A stretch of 48,644 bases of DNA from Escherichia coli (GCF_016903815.1 NZ_CP069971.1), one strand, 5' to 3'. Counted from the stretch's first letter, positions 6,974-15,913 are shown. Translations and numbers: made by a program. Notes: generated by a model from the sequence alone, not told the origin.

Positions 6974-8151
6974 AAACGCTTCCGACCGTTAACACCCTAC
7001 AGCCTATCCTGCATAACCAGATCCCCGTTATCACTACTGAACTACTGGCGCAATTGTATGGAACCGAGCGCCAACGTCTGACGAACAATTTCAATAGAAA
7101 CAAGGAACGTTTTATAGAAGGTAAACACTTTTTTAGGATAGAAGGTAAAGAGTTACGAGAGTTGAAGAACAAAAACTCTTTAAGAGTTCCTGTGAGAGTA
7201 GTTAACGAACCATCTTTAAGAGGGTTACAAATTCCCCCGAAAGTTCGCTCCCTCATCCTCTGGACAGAACGCGGGGCTGCACGTCACGCCAAAATGCTTG
7301 AAACTAACCAAGCGTGGGATGTGTTCGAACGGCTGGAAGACTGCTATTTCAGCCAGAACGCGCAAACGGCCGCGACCGTAACCGTCTCGCCAAGCAATGC
7401 TCGTGAGGTTGTTGATACGCTCAACGCCAAACCAATGTATTACGTTAAGGTGTGCAATAACGAGCCACTCACAACCTCAGCCGATGTTGCCCAGGCATTC
7501 AGCACCACAAACAATTCCATCGTTATGGCCATCGATGCGTTACGCATTCCTCGCACAGCTGCGGCGCGTCATTTCTTTAAAGAGCAACGACCGTTGGAAG
7601 GAAGCGACCGCGAAATAACAATCTATCGCATGACAAAAGACGGATTTACCTTGCTCATGGAAAGTATCGACGGTCCAAGCGTGAAGGATATCAAGCTGGC
7701 CTACATTGAAGCTTTTAACGCTATCAGCAGCGTGTTAAAGGCAGAATACGAGCGAATACTATACAACCGACTGTATCAGGAAACAAAGATTATCCGAACG
7801 GCAACAGAACATCATCGGCTATTAACGGAACCAAACTACCGCAAGACACTAATCAAAGAGTTTGACAAAGCGACGGAGAAAACTAAAGCGGCACTAAATC
7901 TACCAACAATGACTAAGGATGATGTGATATCAGCCTTACTTCTTGATCTACTCAGAAACGCCAGAGCACTTATAAGCTTTGACGAAAACCTGAATCCTCA
8001 GCTCAAGCTACTACCACCGACAGGCAAAGTAGTCGACCAGGCTGATCACAACAGCATACTCAGCGTTCTGGATGCAAACCTGCCAGCCAGGACACTACAG
8101 GAACTGATAAAAATATCTGCGGATAAACTGGCCGCAGGTGCAAAACCATAA
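6970..8151 (+). CDS. antirepressor-like protein (ORF6N/KilA-type N-terminal domain)
   Basis: 393 aa; N-terminal ...NNFNRNKERFIEGKHFFRIEGKELRELK...LILWTERGAARHAKMLETNQAWDVFERLEDCYF matches the ORF6N-type antirepressor pattern as I recall it. Confidence 0.6.
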   Translation: MKTLPTVNTLQPILHNQIPVITTELLAQLYGTERQRLTNNFNRNKERFIEGKHFFRIEGKELRELKNKNSLRVPVRVVNEPSLRGLQIPPKVRSLILWTERGAARHAKMLETNQAWDVFERLEDCYFSQNAQTAATVTVSPSNAREVVDTLNAKPMYYVKVCNNEPLTTSADVAQAFSTTNNSIVMAIDALRIPRTAAARHFFKEQRPLEGSDREITIYRMTKDGFTLLMESIDGPSVKDIKLAYIEAFNAISSVLKAEYERILYNRLYQETKIIRTATEHHRLLTEPNYRKTLIKEFDKATEKTKAALNLPTMTKDDVISALLLDLLRNARALISFDENLNPQLKLLPPTGKVVDQADHNSILSVLDANLPARTLQELIKISADKLAAGAKP

Positions 8152-8155
8152 AACA

Positions 8156-8176
8156 AAGCGCCCGATTTGGGCGCTT
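8156..8176 (-). terminator. hairpin terminator between convergent genes
   Basis: AAGCGCCC-GATTT-GGGCGCTT with a T-rich flank on the minus strand. Confidence 0.5.
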
Positions 8177-8185
8177 CTTCAATTC

Positions 8186-8821
8186 TTAATATTTCGGTGT
8201 AATCAGTAGCGATACATGCCCTGATTTGTCACGAGAAACGTAATACTCGCCTCTCTTAGTCTTGAACTCAGCTTTCTGCATATCAGATTTAACAATCTGC
8301 TCTAACTGCGCAATCACGGTGTCTCTTTCACTTGACGCATCCAAGACTTCAACTGCTACGGCCATAGAAAGCAAGGAATCAGAGTTAGGCTTGGATACTC
8401 GCCATAATAACTCAGAAATCTTCCCATCCTTATCAACTCTAGCCCGACCGTTAACAGATGAGTTGATGGCAAATTCAACGGTGTTGTTACCTTGTTTAAC
8501 AGACTTAATTCTTATAGTGGAGGTGGCTTTTCCTGATGTAGCGATGCCTTCAAGGTCATCATTATATAACTTCTTAAACTTATCTACGGTCACACCATCA
8601 AAAGCAGCTCCGGTAGTAGCCGCAGTGTTGGAGTCTTCTGGGATCAAGGTCACAGCCGCAAGAGTATTAACAACTACAAAAGTTGCAATCCCGAGAAAGC
8701 CACTCACTAAAACAGCTTTGAACTTACCACCAGAAGACGAGGCACATTGTTTCCGATATGCGCCACGAACTACGAAGAAACACAAAATCAGGCTAATAAT
8801 AAACGCCACCAGCATCCCCAT
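8186..8821 (-). CDS. membrane protein with two N-terminal TM helices, function unknown
   Basis: 211 aa; MGMLVAFIISLILCFFVV and AVLVSGFLGIATFVVVNTLAAV hydrophobic segments, then a soluble domain of about 150 aa. Confidence 0.55.
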   Translation of the reverse strand: MGMLVAFIISLILCFFVVRGAYRKQCASSSGGKFKAVLVSGFLGIATFVVVNTLAAVTLIPEDSNTAATTGAAFDGVTVDKFKKLYNDDLEGIATSGKATSTIRIKSVKQGNNTVEFAINSSVNGRARVDKDGKISELLWRVSKPNSDSLLSMAVAVEVLDASSERDTVIAQLEQIVKSDMQKAEFKTKRGEYYVSRDKSGHVSLLITPKY

Positions 8822-9386
8822 AGAAATCTCCTTTTAGATATAAGGGTAAAGCAATATCGTATTAGATCTTCCTTAAGACACAACCCCCCCTCCCCCCATA
8901 CAGGGTGCCCTTTACCGGAGTTCCGGCCCCTTCTCAAAAGCATCAAAAAAAGCTCGAGATCGAGTACCGGAACTCATGCCACCAGATAGCTCCACATCGT
9001 TTCCAATGCTTCGCCGCCGTGTGCGCCCTGTGACCCACAATCATGCCATTGGTCGTCTGATATACCTTCTTCTGCTCATAGAGCACAGGCGAGTTGTCGC
9101 ACTCCTGCCTTTCTCAGACTCGACTTAGTTTAGATCGCTGTTCCTGGCTTGCGTCAGCACACTTTCCCCTTGTACGCATACCCGCGCGCCACTTCGCCCA
9201 AAAACACCGAACCCAACGAAGTAGCAAAGACAACGACGCGAGCGTGAGTCTGAAACGTGCACCAGTAAAAAAGGGGTTGCAGGCGCAAAAAGATTTGATT
9301 ATCTTTAGACGCAAGAAAGCCGCCCCAATCAAGAGGTGTCTTTTTAAATCCAGCCTACCAAGCAAGATTTAAATTTCAGACTGAAA

Positions 9387-9408
9387 ACCGCCCGGCAAGG
9401 CGGTTTTT
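9387..9408. terminator. bidirectional intrinsic terminator
   Basis: ACCGCC-CGGCAA-GGCGGT with T-runs on both strands. Confidence 0.65.
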
Positions 9409-9456
9409 GTCTTTCTGGCGCTTACATTACACCACCAGAAAACGATCCGTAAAGGA

Positions 9457-9729
9457 TCATTTGATCCCTTGTTCCAATTCTGACGACACTTTAACCTTTT
9501 CCCATACAAGGGTTTGCAGCCTTAACAGAATCGCGTCTTTATCAAGGCGTGAAAGATCCTTAACCATATCGTCAAATGACAGAACGCGAATGGCCATCTC
9601 AATGACCCTCGGCGGCTCCCCCTTCTCATATCGCTTATATGTAGCCAACGATATCCCAAATTCTTCGGCGGCTCGCTCCTGCGTCCAGTTCATCCCACGA
9701 CGCCATAATTTCAATTCATAACCCGTCAT
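9457..9729 (-). CDS. XRE-family HTH DNA-binding protein
   Basis: MTGYELKLWRRGMNWTQERAAEEFGISLATYKRYEKGE; GAGGAGG RBS before the ATG at 9729 (the track ORF starts further upstream). Confidence 0.6.
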   Translation of the reverse strand: MTGYELKLWRRGMNWTQERAAEEFGISLATYKRYEKGEPPRVIEMAIRVLSFDDMVKDLSRLDKDAILLRLQTLVWEKVKVSSELEQGIK

Positions 9730-9740
9730 AGCATCCTCCT

Positions 9741-9790
9741 CGCACAATACTAACACTCGCAAAGTGTCAAAATGACACTTTGCGTATTGT
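9741..9790. promoter_or_regulatory. long nested palindrome (GCAAAGTGTCA-TTT-TGACACTTTGC flanked by CACAATAC/GTATTGTG)
   Basis: Perfect 11-bp arms with imperfect outer arms, between the 126-aa gene stop and the HTH gene RBS. Confidence 0.6.
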
Positions 9791-9792
9791 GT

Positions 9793-10173
9793 TTACTTAA
9801 CGAGGAATAAAAATGGTTTATTGTTCGGCGGTGTAATCGGGGCTGGCTCGCTTTTGCTCATGCGATCAGTGTACCAAGCCAACTCCTTGTCAAAGTAAGC
9901 CTGATTAAAATAGGCCATGAATGTAGTTTCAAATCCATAACGACCGCTAATACGCAGCATCTGATTGCCGTTCTCTGTTTCCAGATATACCTGGGCACGT
10001 TCCTGATTCTCCTTCAGCCAGGTTAAAGCCTCATCGCATGAGGACACACGATACTCATCATCGTAGCCGTCATCGATGCGGCTTGAGGAAGAACGGCAAA
10101 TCACGCCAACAGAACCAGCCAGGATAGTTTGAATTTTAAGGAAAGCGTTTTTGCGGATTTTAATCATGCTCAT
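9793..10173 (-). CDS. hypothetical protein (126 aa), first gene downstream of cassette copy 2
   Basis: ORF with a GGAGA RBS supplied by the conserved leader; no family recognised. Confidence 0.5.
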   Translation of the reverse strand: MSMIKIRKNAFLKIQTILAGSVGVICRSSSSRIDDGYDDEYRVSSCDEALTWLKENQERAQVYLETENGNQMLRISGRYGFETTFMAYFNQAYFDKELAWYTDRMSKSEPAPITPPNNKPFLFLVK

Positions 10174-10285
10174 CGGGTTATCTCCGGTTTAACCAGGGCG
10201 GGTATCGCTCGGTTTCGGGTATAACCTTAGGAAATTTTTTCCCACCTGTAAAGCACTTTTTATATAAATCTATAATTATATAAAT
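10174..10285 (-). promoter_or_regulatory. conserved promoter-leader cassette, copy 2
   Basis: Identical to copy 1 over about 103 bp. Confidence 0.6.
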
Positions 10286-10374
10286 AATAGTAACTGGTGT
10301 TTTTTTAGGCGAAGCATTAAACATTTTTGTTTAGCTTATTGGCAAGGTCTTGAAAAAGACATTTCAGCAATGCT

Positions 10375-10393
10375 ATACCATTGAACATGGTAT
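10375..10393. promoter_or_regulatory. operator-like perfect palindrome ATACCAT-TGAAC-ATGGTAT
   Basis: Lies about 50 nt upstream of the 10441 start codon, next to a TTGAAA -35-like element. Confidence 0.5.
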
Positions 10394-10440
10394 CGGCTGA
10401 ATTTTGTAATTAACACATTTTAAACAATTTGAGGTGCCAA

Positions 10441-10725
10441 ATGGCTAAACAAAAATCTGAAATTGATGCTATTCGAGCATTAACAGAAGTAACAATTAAA
10501 GGTTTTGAGCAGGTTGCTCAGGCATTAGTTGATATGAGAGAAGCTCAGGGAAAAGTCGTACGAGCAACATATAATGGATTAACCTCCTCAGGAAAATCTC
10601 GCTATGTTGCATCGCTAGTAGAGGAAGTAGGATCACAAGCTGAAGTAAGCCGCATGTTAAATATCACACCAGGGCGCGTTAGCCAGCTTATGAAGTCCGA
10701 AAAAAACCGCAAAAATGGAAAGTAA
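10441..10725 (+). CDS. small protein with a C-terminal HTH-like segment
   Basis: MAKQKSEIDAIRAL...GSQAEVSRMLNITPGRVSQLMK; GAGGTG RBS; the track ORF at 10429 begins with TTG. Confidence 0.45.
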   Translation: MAKQKSEIDAIRALTEVTIKGFEQVAQALVDMREAQGKVVRATYNGLTSSGKSRYVASLVEEVGSQAEVSRMLNITPGRVSQLMKSEKNRKNGK

Positions 10726-10731
10726 ATAAGT

Positions 10732-10750
10732 AAGGCCCCAATGGGGCCTT
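10732..10750. terminator. hairpin terminator between convergent genes
   Basis: AAGGCCCC-AAT-GGGGCCTT. Confidence 0.5.
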
Positions 10751-10758
10751 ACATTATG

Positions 10759-11058
10759 TTAGACATGGAACGCTACTCGCTTTCCTGTAGGAAGCTCAAC
10801 ATCCAGGCTTAATTTGCCTCCCATAGCTTCAACGTAACGCTTTAATGTCGCCAGCTTTAAATCATTTCCGCGCTGCTCCAGCTTTGTTACTGCTGGCTGG
10901 CTTATACCCATCGCCTCAGCAACCTGTTTTTGTGATAACTGGAGTTCTTCACGCATCATCTGCAAGCCGACCTCAAGAATCATCTCATCTGCCATTTCTT
11001 TAATTCGCGCCTGGCTTTCAGGTGAACGGCTGGCAATCACCTCATCTAATGTTCTCAT
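10759..11058 (-). CDS. HigA-like antitoxin (XRE-family HTH)
   Basis: 99 aa; ...LQLSQKQVAEAMGISQPAVTKLEQ...; 1-nt start/stop overlap with the upstream toxin-like gene. Confidence 0.6.
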   Translation of the reverse strand: MRTLDEVIASRSPESQARIKEMADEMILEVGLQMMREELQLSQKQVAEAMGISQPAVTKLEQRGNDLKLATLKRYVEAMGGKLSLDVELPTGKRVAFHV

Positions 11059-11411
11059 TACTTGCTCTCCAGTGTGTTCAGATGTGCTGCAAACTCATCC
11101 TCAGCTATACGCACCAGTTTTTCATAAAACCGTTTATCGTTACTTTTGTCTCCTGCACAAAGAACGATGGCCCGGCGAATCGGATCGAACGCATAAAAGG
11201 CTCTTATCGGACGGCCAGAAAACTGAACGCGAAGCTCTTTCATATTTTTGTACCGAGAACCTTTTACGGTATCGGCATATGGCCTGGGTAACTCAGGTCC
11301 GTAAACCTGTAGCTTTTTCAAATCAGCCAAAACCTTTTCCTGAAGAGCGTCTTCTTGCTCATTTAGCCAGTCGTCAAATCGCTGGCTAAAAAGTACCGTC
11401 CACATGCTCAA
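11058..11411 (-). CDS. RelE/HigB-family toxin-like protein (Gp49-type)
   Basis: 117 aa; ...VKGSRYKNMKELRVQFSGRPIRAFYAFDPIRRAIVLCAGDKSNDKRFY... matches the addiction-module killer pattern. Confidence 0.6.
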   Translation of the reverse strand: MSMWTVLFSQRFDDWLNEQEDALQEKVLADLKKLQVYGPELPRPYADTVKGSRYKNMKELRVQFSGRPIRAFYAFDPIRRAIVLCAGDKSNDKRFYEKLVRIAEDEFAAHLNTLESK

Positions 11412-11414
11412 TCC

Positions 11415-11460
11415 TATAACCTGTAGTTTATATCACTAACTATATAACCTGTGAGTTATA
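11415..11460. promoter_or_regulatory. two TATAACCTGT(G)AGTTATA repeats upstream of the toxin-antitoxin pair (candidate operators)
   Basis: 11415-11432 and 11443-11460; the second has palindromic arms TATAAC/GTTATA. Confidence 0.5.
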
Positions 11461-11649
11461 ATTTCAAGAAAAACGGGGCTATTTAACATAATGGACGTTA
11501 TCGGCACCACCGGATCACCGTTCATTGTCGGATCTAAAAAATCCGCTCAAAAGATCATGTTTTCCTGGGCGTTTTCCACCGTTTTTTATGTTGCTTATTT
11601 GTTAATGAAATCTCGTTTTCAGTTTCGCCTCATTTTCGACGCGAAAGCC

Positions 11650-11940
11650 CTATTTTTGTGACTTTACTCCTGGCATATGGACTTCCCAGCGACGAATCCC
11701 CATAGCTGCGCAAAAATCAGCCACATAATTCAATCCCGCCCATTCGCGGATACCACCACGGGCTTTTTCAATGAAAACGGCAATCCCTTTTTTATTGAGA
11801 GCAAAAAGCCGCCAGCTTTTTGTCACTTCGTCCTGGGTAGCCACAACACAAGTGAAAGCTCCCATGCGATACAGGTCCAAGAACTCTTTGCGTGTTTTGC
11901 GTACAAGTTCCATAACAAACCTCATATTTGCATGTTTCAA
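11650..11940 (-). CDS. hypothetical protein
   Basis: 96 aa ORF overlapping the upstream gene by 4 nt. Confidence 0.4.
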   Translation of the reverse strand: MKHANMRFVMELVRKTRKEFLDLYRMGAFTCVVATQDEVTKSWRLFALNKKGIAVFIEKARGGIREWAGLNYVADFCAAMGIRRWEVHMPGVKSQK

Positions 11941-12236
11941 ACATCTGTTTTGTTATCAATGAAGATTAACCCTAACCCAGCGAAGTAACACAGCAGCGCC
12001 CAGGCTGCATACGGAATGCTGGATCTGGATGTGGACTCCTTTAACATCTGCCAGTTGCGAACATTGCGACTATCTTTTAAGCCAAGTTTTTTGGCCAACT
12101 GCGATCCGCTCATTCCGGTCAGGCCAATGACTGCCCGAACTTCTCCACATGTAGGAGATTCCCATTCATCCGCTTTTTTTAAACAAGCCGGATTCAACAT
12201 TTTTAAAACAGTATCTTTATCCATAACCATCTCCAT
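11937..12236 (-). CDS. hypothetical protein with HTH-like segment
   Basis: 99 aa; ...IGLTGMSGSQLAKKLGLKDSRNVRNW... Confidence 0.4.
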   Translation of the reverse strand: MEMVMDKDTVLKMLNPACLKKADEWESPTCGEVRAVIGLTGMSGSQLAKKLGLKDSRNVRNWQMLKESTSRSSIPYAAWALLCYFAGLGLIFIDNKTDV

Positions 12237-12599
12237 TTATTATATCTACGATGGTAGGAAATCTTTTCCTATGTGGCAATAGAAATTTACTACATTGCGT
12301 ATAAGACAAGTTTTCTATGTCTAATAGGAAATGATGTTTCTTACGTTTTATCGCGTTCTGATGGCTACTGTGTGCGTATTTATCGATGTTTATTGATAAG
12401 GCTCGCCCCTTCCTCCTGCAAAGCCCGGCCGTAGGCCTTATTTCGGCCTTATATAAATTGATTTTGTATAGTTCGAAACGCGCCGTTTCGAAAAGGATGA
12501 TCAGGCTGCTCCATGCCTCCGGCAAGTGCCGGAGGAGGTATATTTGAGCGTAGCGACTCGAACCGGCGCGAGCTTTAGCTCGCTGCAAGGGCGAACATA

Positions 12600-12745
12600 T
12601 TCACAGGCAAAGCCTGCGTAAGTTAAATAAAGAAAGTTTTAATAAAAGAAAGTGATTTTGCATTTATTTGTTTAGTGCATCTATTATAAAAAACCATTTG
12701 CATATACATATCAAAACTGTGGATAACTTTATTATCCGATGCCTG
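12600..12745. other. oriR-like region: AT-rich tract plus inverted DnaA-box pair (TGTGGATAA 12718-12726; TTATCCGAT 12732-12740)
   Basis: Downstream of the repA stop, preceded by a GC-rich multi-hairpin segment (12380-12600). Confidence 0.5.
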
Positions 12746-12867
12746 TAAAGGCGATATTTTTGCTGTGTTCAGGTTTAGAGAAAATTAATTTAGATTGTTT
12801 TTTGAACAGATATTTTATTGCGACGTAGATAATCCTCCGGTAAAACCGGATTCATCATTCAGGTGGG

Positions 12868-13848
12868 TTAATGTTGGAGTGATTTCCAGGTCTTTCTTAG
12901 CCTGTTATAACGCTGCTCAACGAGGGAGCGTAAATATGCAAGGTCAGCACCAGGATACATGCCATCAGCAAATTCCTGGCTAACCTCTCTAGTGATTTGA
13001 TGACGAAGTTCGGCCTCTCCCTTTTCCTGAACAAGACGCGCAGCTCTCTCCGCTGCTTTCTGTTTTGCCTTTATCTCTCTGGCCGTCTTCCTCTGACGCC
13101 ATACATTCTCCATCTGCTCCTGAATAACAATACGCTTATAATCAGCCTCCGTTATCGCTTTTTTAAGCCGTTCGCTATTCTTCGCATTGAAGTAATTAAG
13201 TTTCTGGCTAACCGCACGTCTCCATGCTTGTTCAGTAATACCAACTGTTTCCAGCAGTTGATCACGAATCTCGATTTTCGCTGGCCAATACTGTTTATTC
13301 ACCCGATCCCAGCGACGTTCATAATCAATAAAACCTAACTCTTTCAGTTGCGACAACGCCCTTGTACAGCGCGTTATAGACTTGTTCCCAGCTTCGGATA
13401 CGGTAGACAGGCCGCAAAAATCAGCCAACGCCTCAGCACTGGCCAGAACCCGCTTAGAAATGATGTTTACATGGTGCAAAATCGCAGCAATCACAGCATT
13501 AATCGCCCGACGACGATGCTCGTTTATCCGGCGTTTCCGCTCTGACGGTTGATTAACGTAGAACGCAACCTCACACGTAAGATCACGACCATTAATGCGC
13601 TGTAAAGCATCAGATAACACCAGCGGCAGCTTGTGCGTATGGTGCTTTGGAGGCTGGAACTCCGGCGACAAATTACAAACGTAAGCTGAACGTAGAGACG
13701 GCATTGGTCTATCCATATGTTCGCTCTTGCGTCCACGGAAAACCAACGTATAATGGGAGTTGTCGAGGCGCCCATGGATTGTTGTTGTTGGTTTTCCGTG
13801 GATGTCGCAAGAAGCCCGCAGATTTATCTGCGGGCTTTTTGTTTCCAT
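12868..13848 (-). CDS. repA: replication initiator RepA (IncFII RepA-like); may include a leader ORF, with an alternative internal start near 13716
   Basis: ...CGLSTVSEAGNKSITRCTRALSQLKELGFIDYERR... resembles the conserved core of IncFII RepA1 (recalled, not searched). Confidence 0.65.
   Translation of the reverse strand: METKSPQINLRASCDIHGKPTTTIHGRLDNSHYTLVFRGRKSEHMDRPMPSLRSAYVCNLSPEFQPPKHHTHKLPLVLSDALQRINGRDLTCEVAFYVNQPSERKRRINEHRRRAINAVIAAILHHVNIISKRVLASAEALADFCGLSTVSEAGNKSITRCTRALSQLKELGFIDYERRWDRVNKQYWPAKIEIRDQLLETVGITEQAWRRAVSQKLNYFNAKNSERLKKAITEADYKRIVIQEQMENVWRQRKTAREIKAKQKAAERAARLVQEKGEAELRHQITREVSQEFADGMYPGADLAYLRSLVEQRYNRLRKTWKSLQH
13762..13840 (+). ncRNA. CopA-like antisense RNA opposite the repA 5' region (putative)
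   Basis: Plus-strand promoter TTGCGT (13727-13732), 16-nt spacer, TATAAT (13749-13754); terminator AGCCCGCAGAT..ATCTGCGGGCT + T-run at 13813-13840, antisense to the first repA codons and RBS. Confidence 0.5.
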
Positions 13849-14055
13849 ATCTGGTCATTTTCCAACCAGACACCCACAATCATAACCACGTTACGTGGTT
13901 TTAAGAGAACTCTACCACAACACTTTCGGTCATGCACGAAGTCTCTCACTGATCGAACGATAATCCACCAGTAAAAGGATCTAAATTGGATCTCGTTTTG
14001 CGAGCATCATACTACTGGCCTAACTCCAGTCAATGATGAACATAACAACACTCCT

Positions 14056-14583
14056 TTATTCTGGTTTGTCTGGCCATTCGGGGTTTGCTGTGTCCACGCG
14101 ACTGACAAGAACACTGTAACGTTCCCAGGCTTCCAGTCGGATACGCTCCTCATCTGTTGCCATGCTCAGCCTGACAGCGCGTTCCAGCGGCCGGATAACT
14201 GATTCAGCTTCGGAAAGTAACGTGGCCTTTTGTGATTCGGCCTGTTGTTGCTGTTCGCCTGCCGTATAAATCCGCTTAATCACGGCACCATCCTTAAACA
14301 TCCATTTACCTGAGTCATCAGCACGTCGGTTGGAGGTAATATCAGGAACCTCAACAACGCTAAAACCTTCAGGATTAAGCGTTGAAGCATCTCTGGTGAT
14401 AGCGACAATAATATTATTTTCATCGTAAACAATCTTTATTGTGTCTGGCTGAAAGTTCTTCACTTCCTCATACCAGTTTTTCCCGTCTTCAGTGTAAAGC
14501 CAGATGACTCCGTGCTTCTTTGTTAACTCATACTGTTCCAGTGTTTTAGCGTTACCCGCTTTTATGTTCTTTAAGTGCATCAT
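14056..14583 (-). CDS. tail fibre assembly protein (Tfa-like)
   Basis: C-terminal ...[27 protein letters not shown], the Tfa signature. Confidence 0.75.
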   Translation of the reverse strand: MMHLKNIKAGNAKTLEQYELTKKHGVIWLYTEDGKNWYEEVKNFQPDTIKIVYDENNIIVAITRDASTLNPEGFSVVEVPDITSNRRADDSGKWMFKDGAVIKRIYTAGEQQQQAESQKATLLSEAESVIRPLERAVRLSMATDEERIRLEAWERYSVLVSRVDTANPEWPDKPE

Positions 14584-14584
14584 A

Positions 14585-15625
14585 TTAAACGCTCGCTACA
14601 TTATACCAGGTGCCATTTATATACTTTTGAACGGGTCTGTAATAAACGCCCGCTATATTATCGGCAGAGTTGGACCCTGTATCCTGAACATTAATACCAG
14701 ACAATACATGACCTGACGGGCACTGGAAATTCCATGTTTGCCAGTTATTCACTCCATAATATTGCTGTGAACCAAGTCGAACATCTTTCACATATCTGGA
14801 ATCAAAATTGCCATAGTTGCCGGGAATAACTTGCGAGCCGCAAAGCCAATTCCCGTTATTATCCATGTACGCCTGACCATCGGTGCCATTTTCTGTCCTT
14901 GAATTATTAATCATGTAGATGCCAAATTGCTTATTCCCCAGACCACCAATCATAAATTTGCGATCAGCATGGTCCTGACGTAACAATGCCTGAGCACCAT
15001 CGGTGGATACCACATTACGTCCGAAAATAACATTCTGGTCACGCATATTTATCCACATGCCGGTACTGCTATTAATTGCCAAACGATTTGCATATACCCA
15101 AGCATTGGTTCCTATATCACCAGTAACATTGAGTCCATTACCGATAGAAACAGCGCCATTGGCGTTATTAATGGCAAACGGCCTTAAACTACTCCATGTT
15201 CCCAGGCTGTCTCCCGAATTGGTCAACATGAAGTATGTGTTTGAACCATCGTTTCGGATAAAGAATCCATAGTTGCCATAGGCAATACGCAGACCATTCG
15301 CCGATTTGGAAATAATCTCGCCATCAGCCGTTAAACCGCCGGTAAGAGTTCCTCCCGTTATTGGCAATGCACCAATATTTTTCGGCGTCAGGTTAATATC
15401 TGATGTTCCATCAAACGAAACGTTATTAATTTTACGGGCTGTTTTCAGCTTTGTAGCCGTTGAGGCATTGCCGGACAGCTCACCAGAAATGCCACCAACA
15501 ACTGTTAGATCACCAGTTATTGTGCCGCCTGAAATTTCCAGTTTTTTAGCAACATTACTCTTAATAGAGTCGATTTCATTTTTCAGATTAGTTATATCTG
15601 CTGGTATTGTTGTCACTGTTGCCAT
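14585..15625 (-). CDS. tail fibre protein (second, shorter variant)
   Basis: Contains [28 protein letters not shown], a motif shared with the 792-aa fibre; followed by the Tfa gene. Confidence 0.7.
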   Translation of the reverse strand: MATVTTIPADITNLKNEIDSIKSNVAKKLEISGGTITGDLTVVGGISGELSGNASTATKLKTARKINNVSFDGTSDINLTPKNIGALPITGGTLTGGLTADGEIISKSANGLRIAYGNYGFFIRNDGSNTYFMLTNSGDSLGTWSSLRPFAINNANGAVSIGNGLNVTGDIGTNAWVYANRLAINSSTGMWINMRDQNVIFGRNVVSTDGAQALLRQDHADRKFMIGGLGNKQFGIYMINNSRTENGTDGQAYMDNNGNWLCGSQVIPGNYGNFDSRYVKDVRLGSQQYYGVNNWQTWNFQCPSGHVLSGINVQDTGSNSADNIAGVYYRPVQKYINGTWYNVASV

Positions 15626-15634
15626 ATTAATTCC

Positions 15635-15913
15635 TTACGCCCATTCCCGCAGCGGTTGTTCTAATTGAACTTCAAAACCATCAAACATTTGTTGTTTCAA
15701 ACTGTCGTTTAAAATACGAACATTAACAAAGAAGCCATCATTTTTAATCACTGTTGGTTCTTCGTTCTCGCCGTTTGGTATTTCGGTATATGTAATACCT
15801 ACAACATCAAGAAGGATGTTGTTTTGCAGTTCTTCATTATCGTGCCAGGATATACTCTCTAAAAAAGAGTCGTATTCTGCTCTGTCTCTGAATTTCAACG
15901 TAATATCTTTCAT
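15635..15913 (-). CDS. hypothetical protein, possibly a fibre chaperone
   Basis: 92 aa; start overlaps the fibre gene stop (TAATG). Confidence 0.35.
   Translation of the reverse strand: MKDITLKFRDRAEYDSFLESISWHDNEELQNNILLDVVGITYTEIPNGENEEPTVIKNDGFFVNVRILNDSLKQQMFDGFEVQLEQPLREWA

Noticed and set aside
6254-9060. Short shared motifs cccacaatc and gccattggt between the antirepressor leader (6254-6533) and 9030-9060
   Set aside because: Nine-mer matches are expected by chance at this window size; not reported as a regulatory link without further evidence.
9094-9372. Overlapping ORFs 9094-9372 (+) and 9114-9365 (-), and a 50-aa ORF at 8976-9128 considered as a Hok-like toxin
   Set aside because: Translations are low-complexity and Arg/Leu-rich with no RBS; the 50-aa peptide does not resemble Hok or other type I toxins closely enough to call.
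11022-11389. Plus-strand ORFs 11022-11291 and 11072-11389
   Set aside because: They lie antisense to the HigB-like toxin gene with no RBS; shadow ORFs.
12217-12588. 123-aa minus-strand ORF
   Set aside because: It falls in the GC-hairpin and oriR-like region downstream of repA, with a basic low-complexity translation; more likely non-coding origin sequence.
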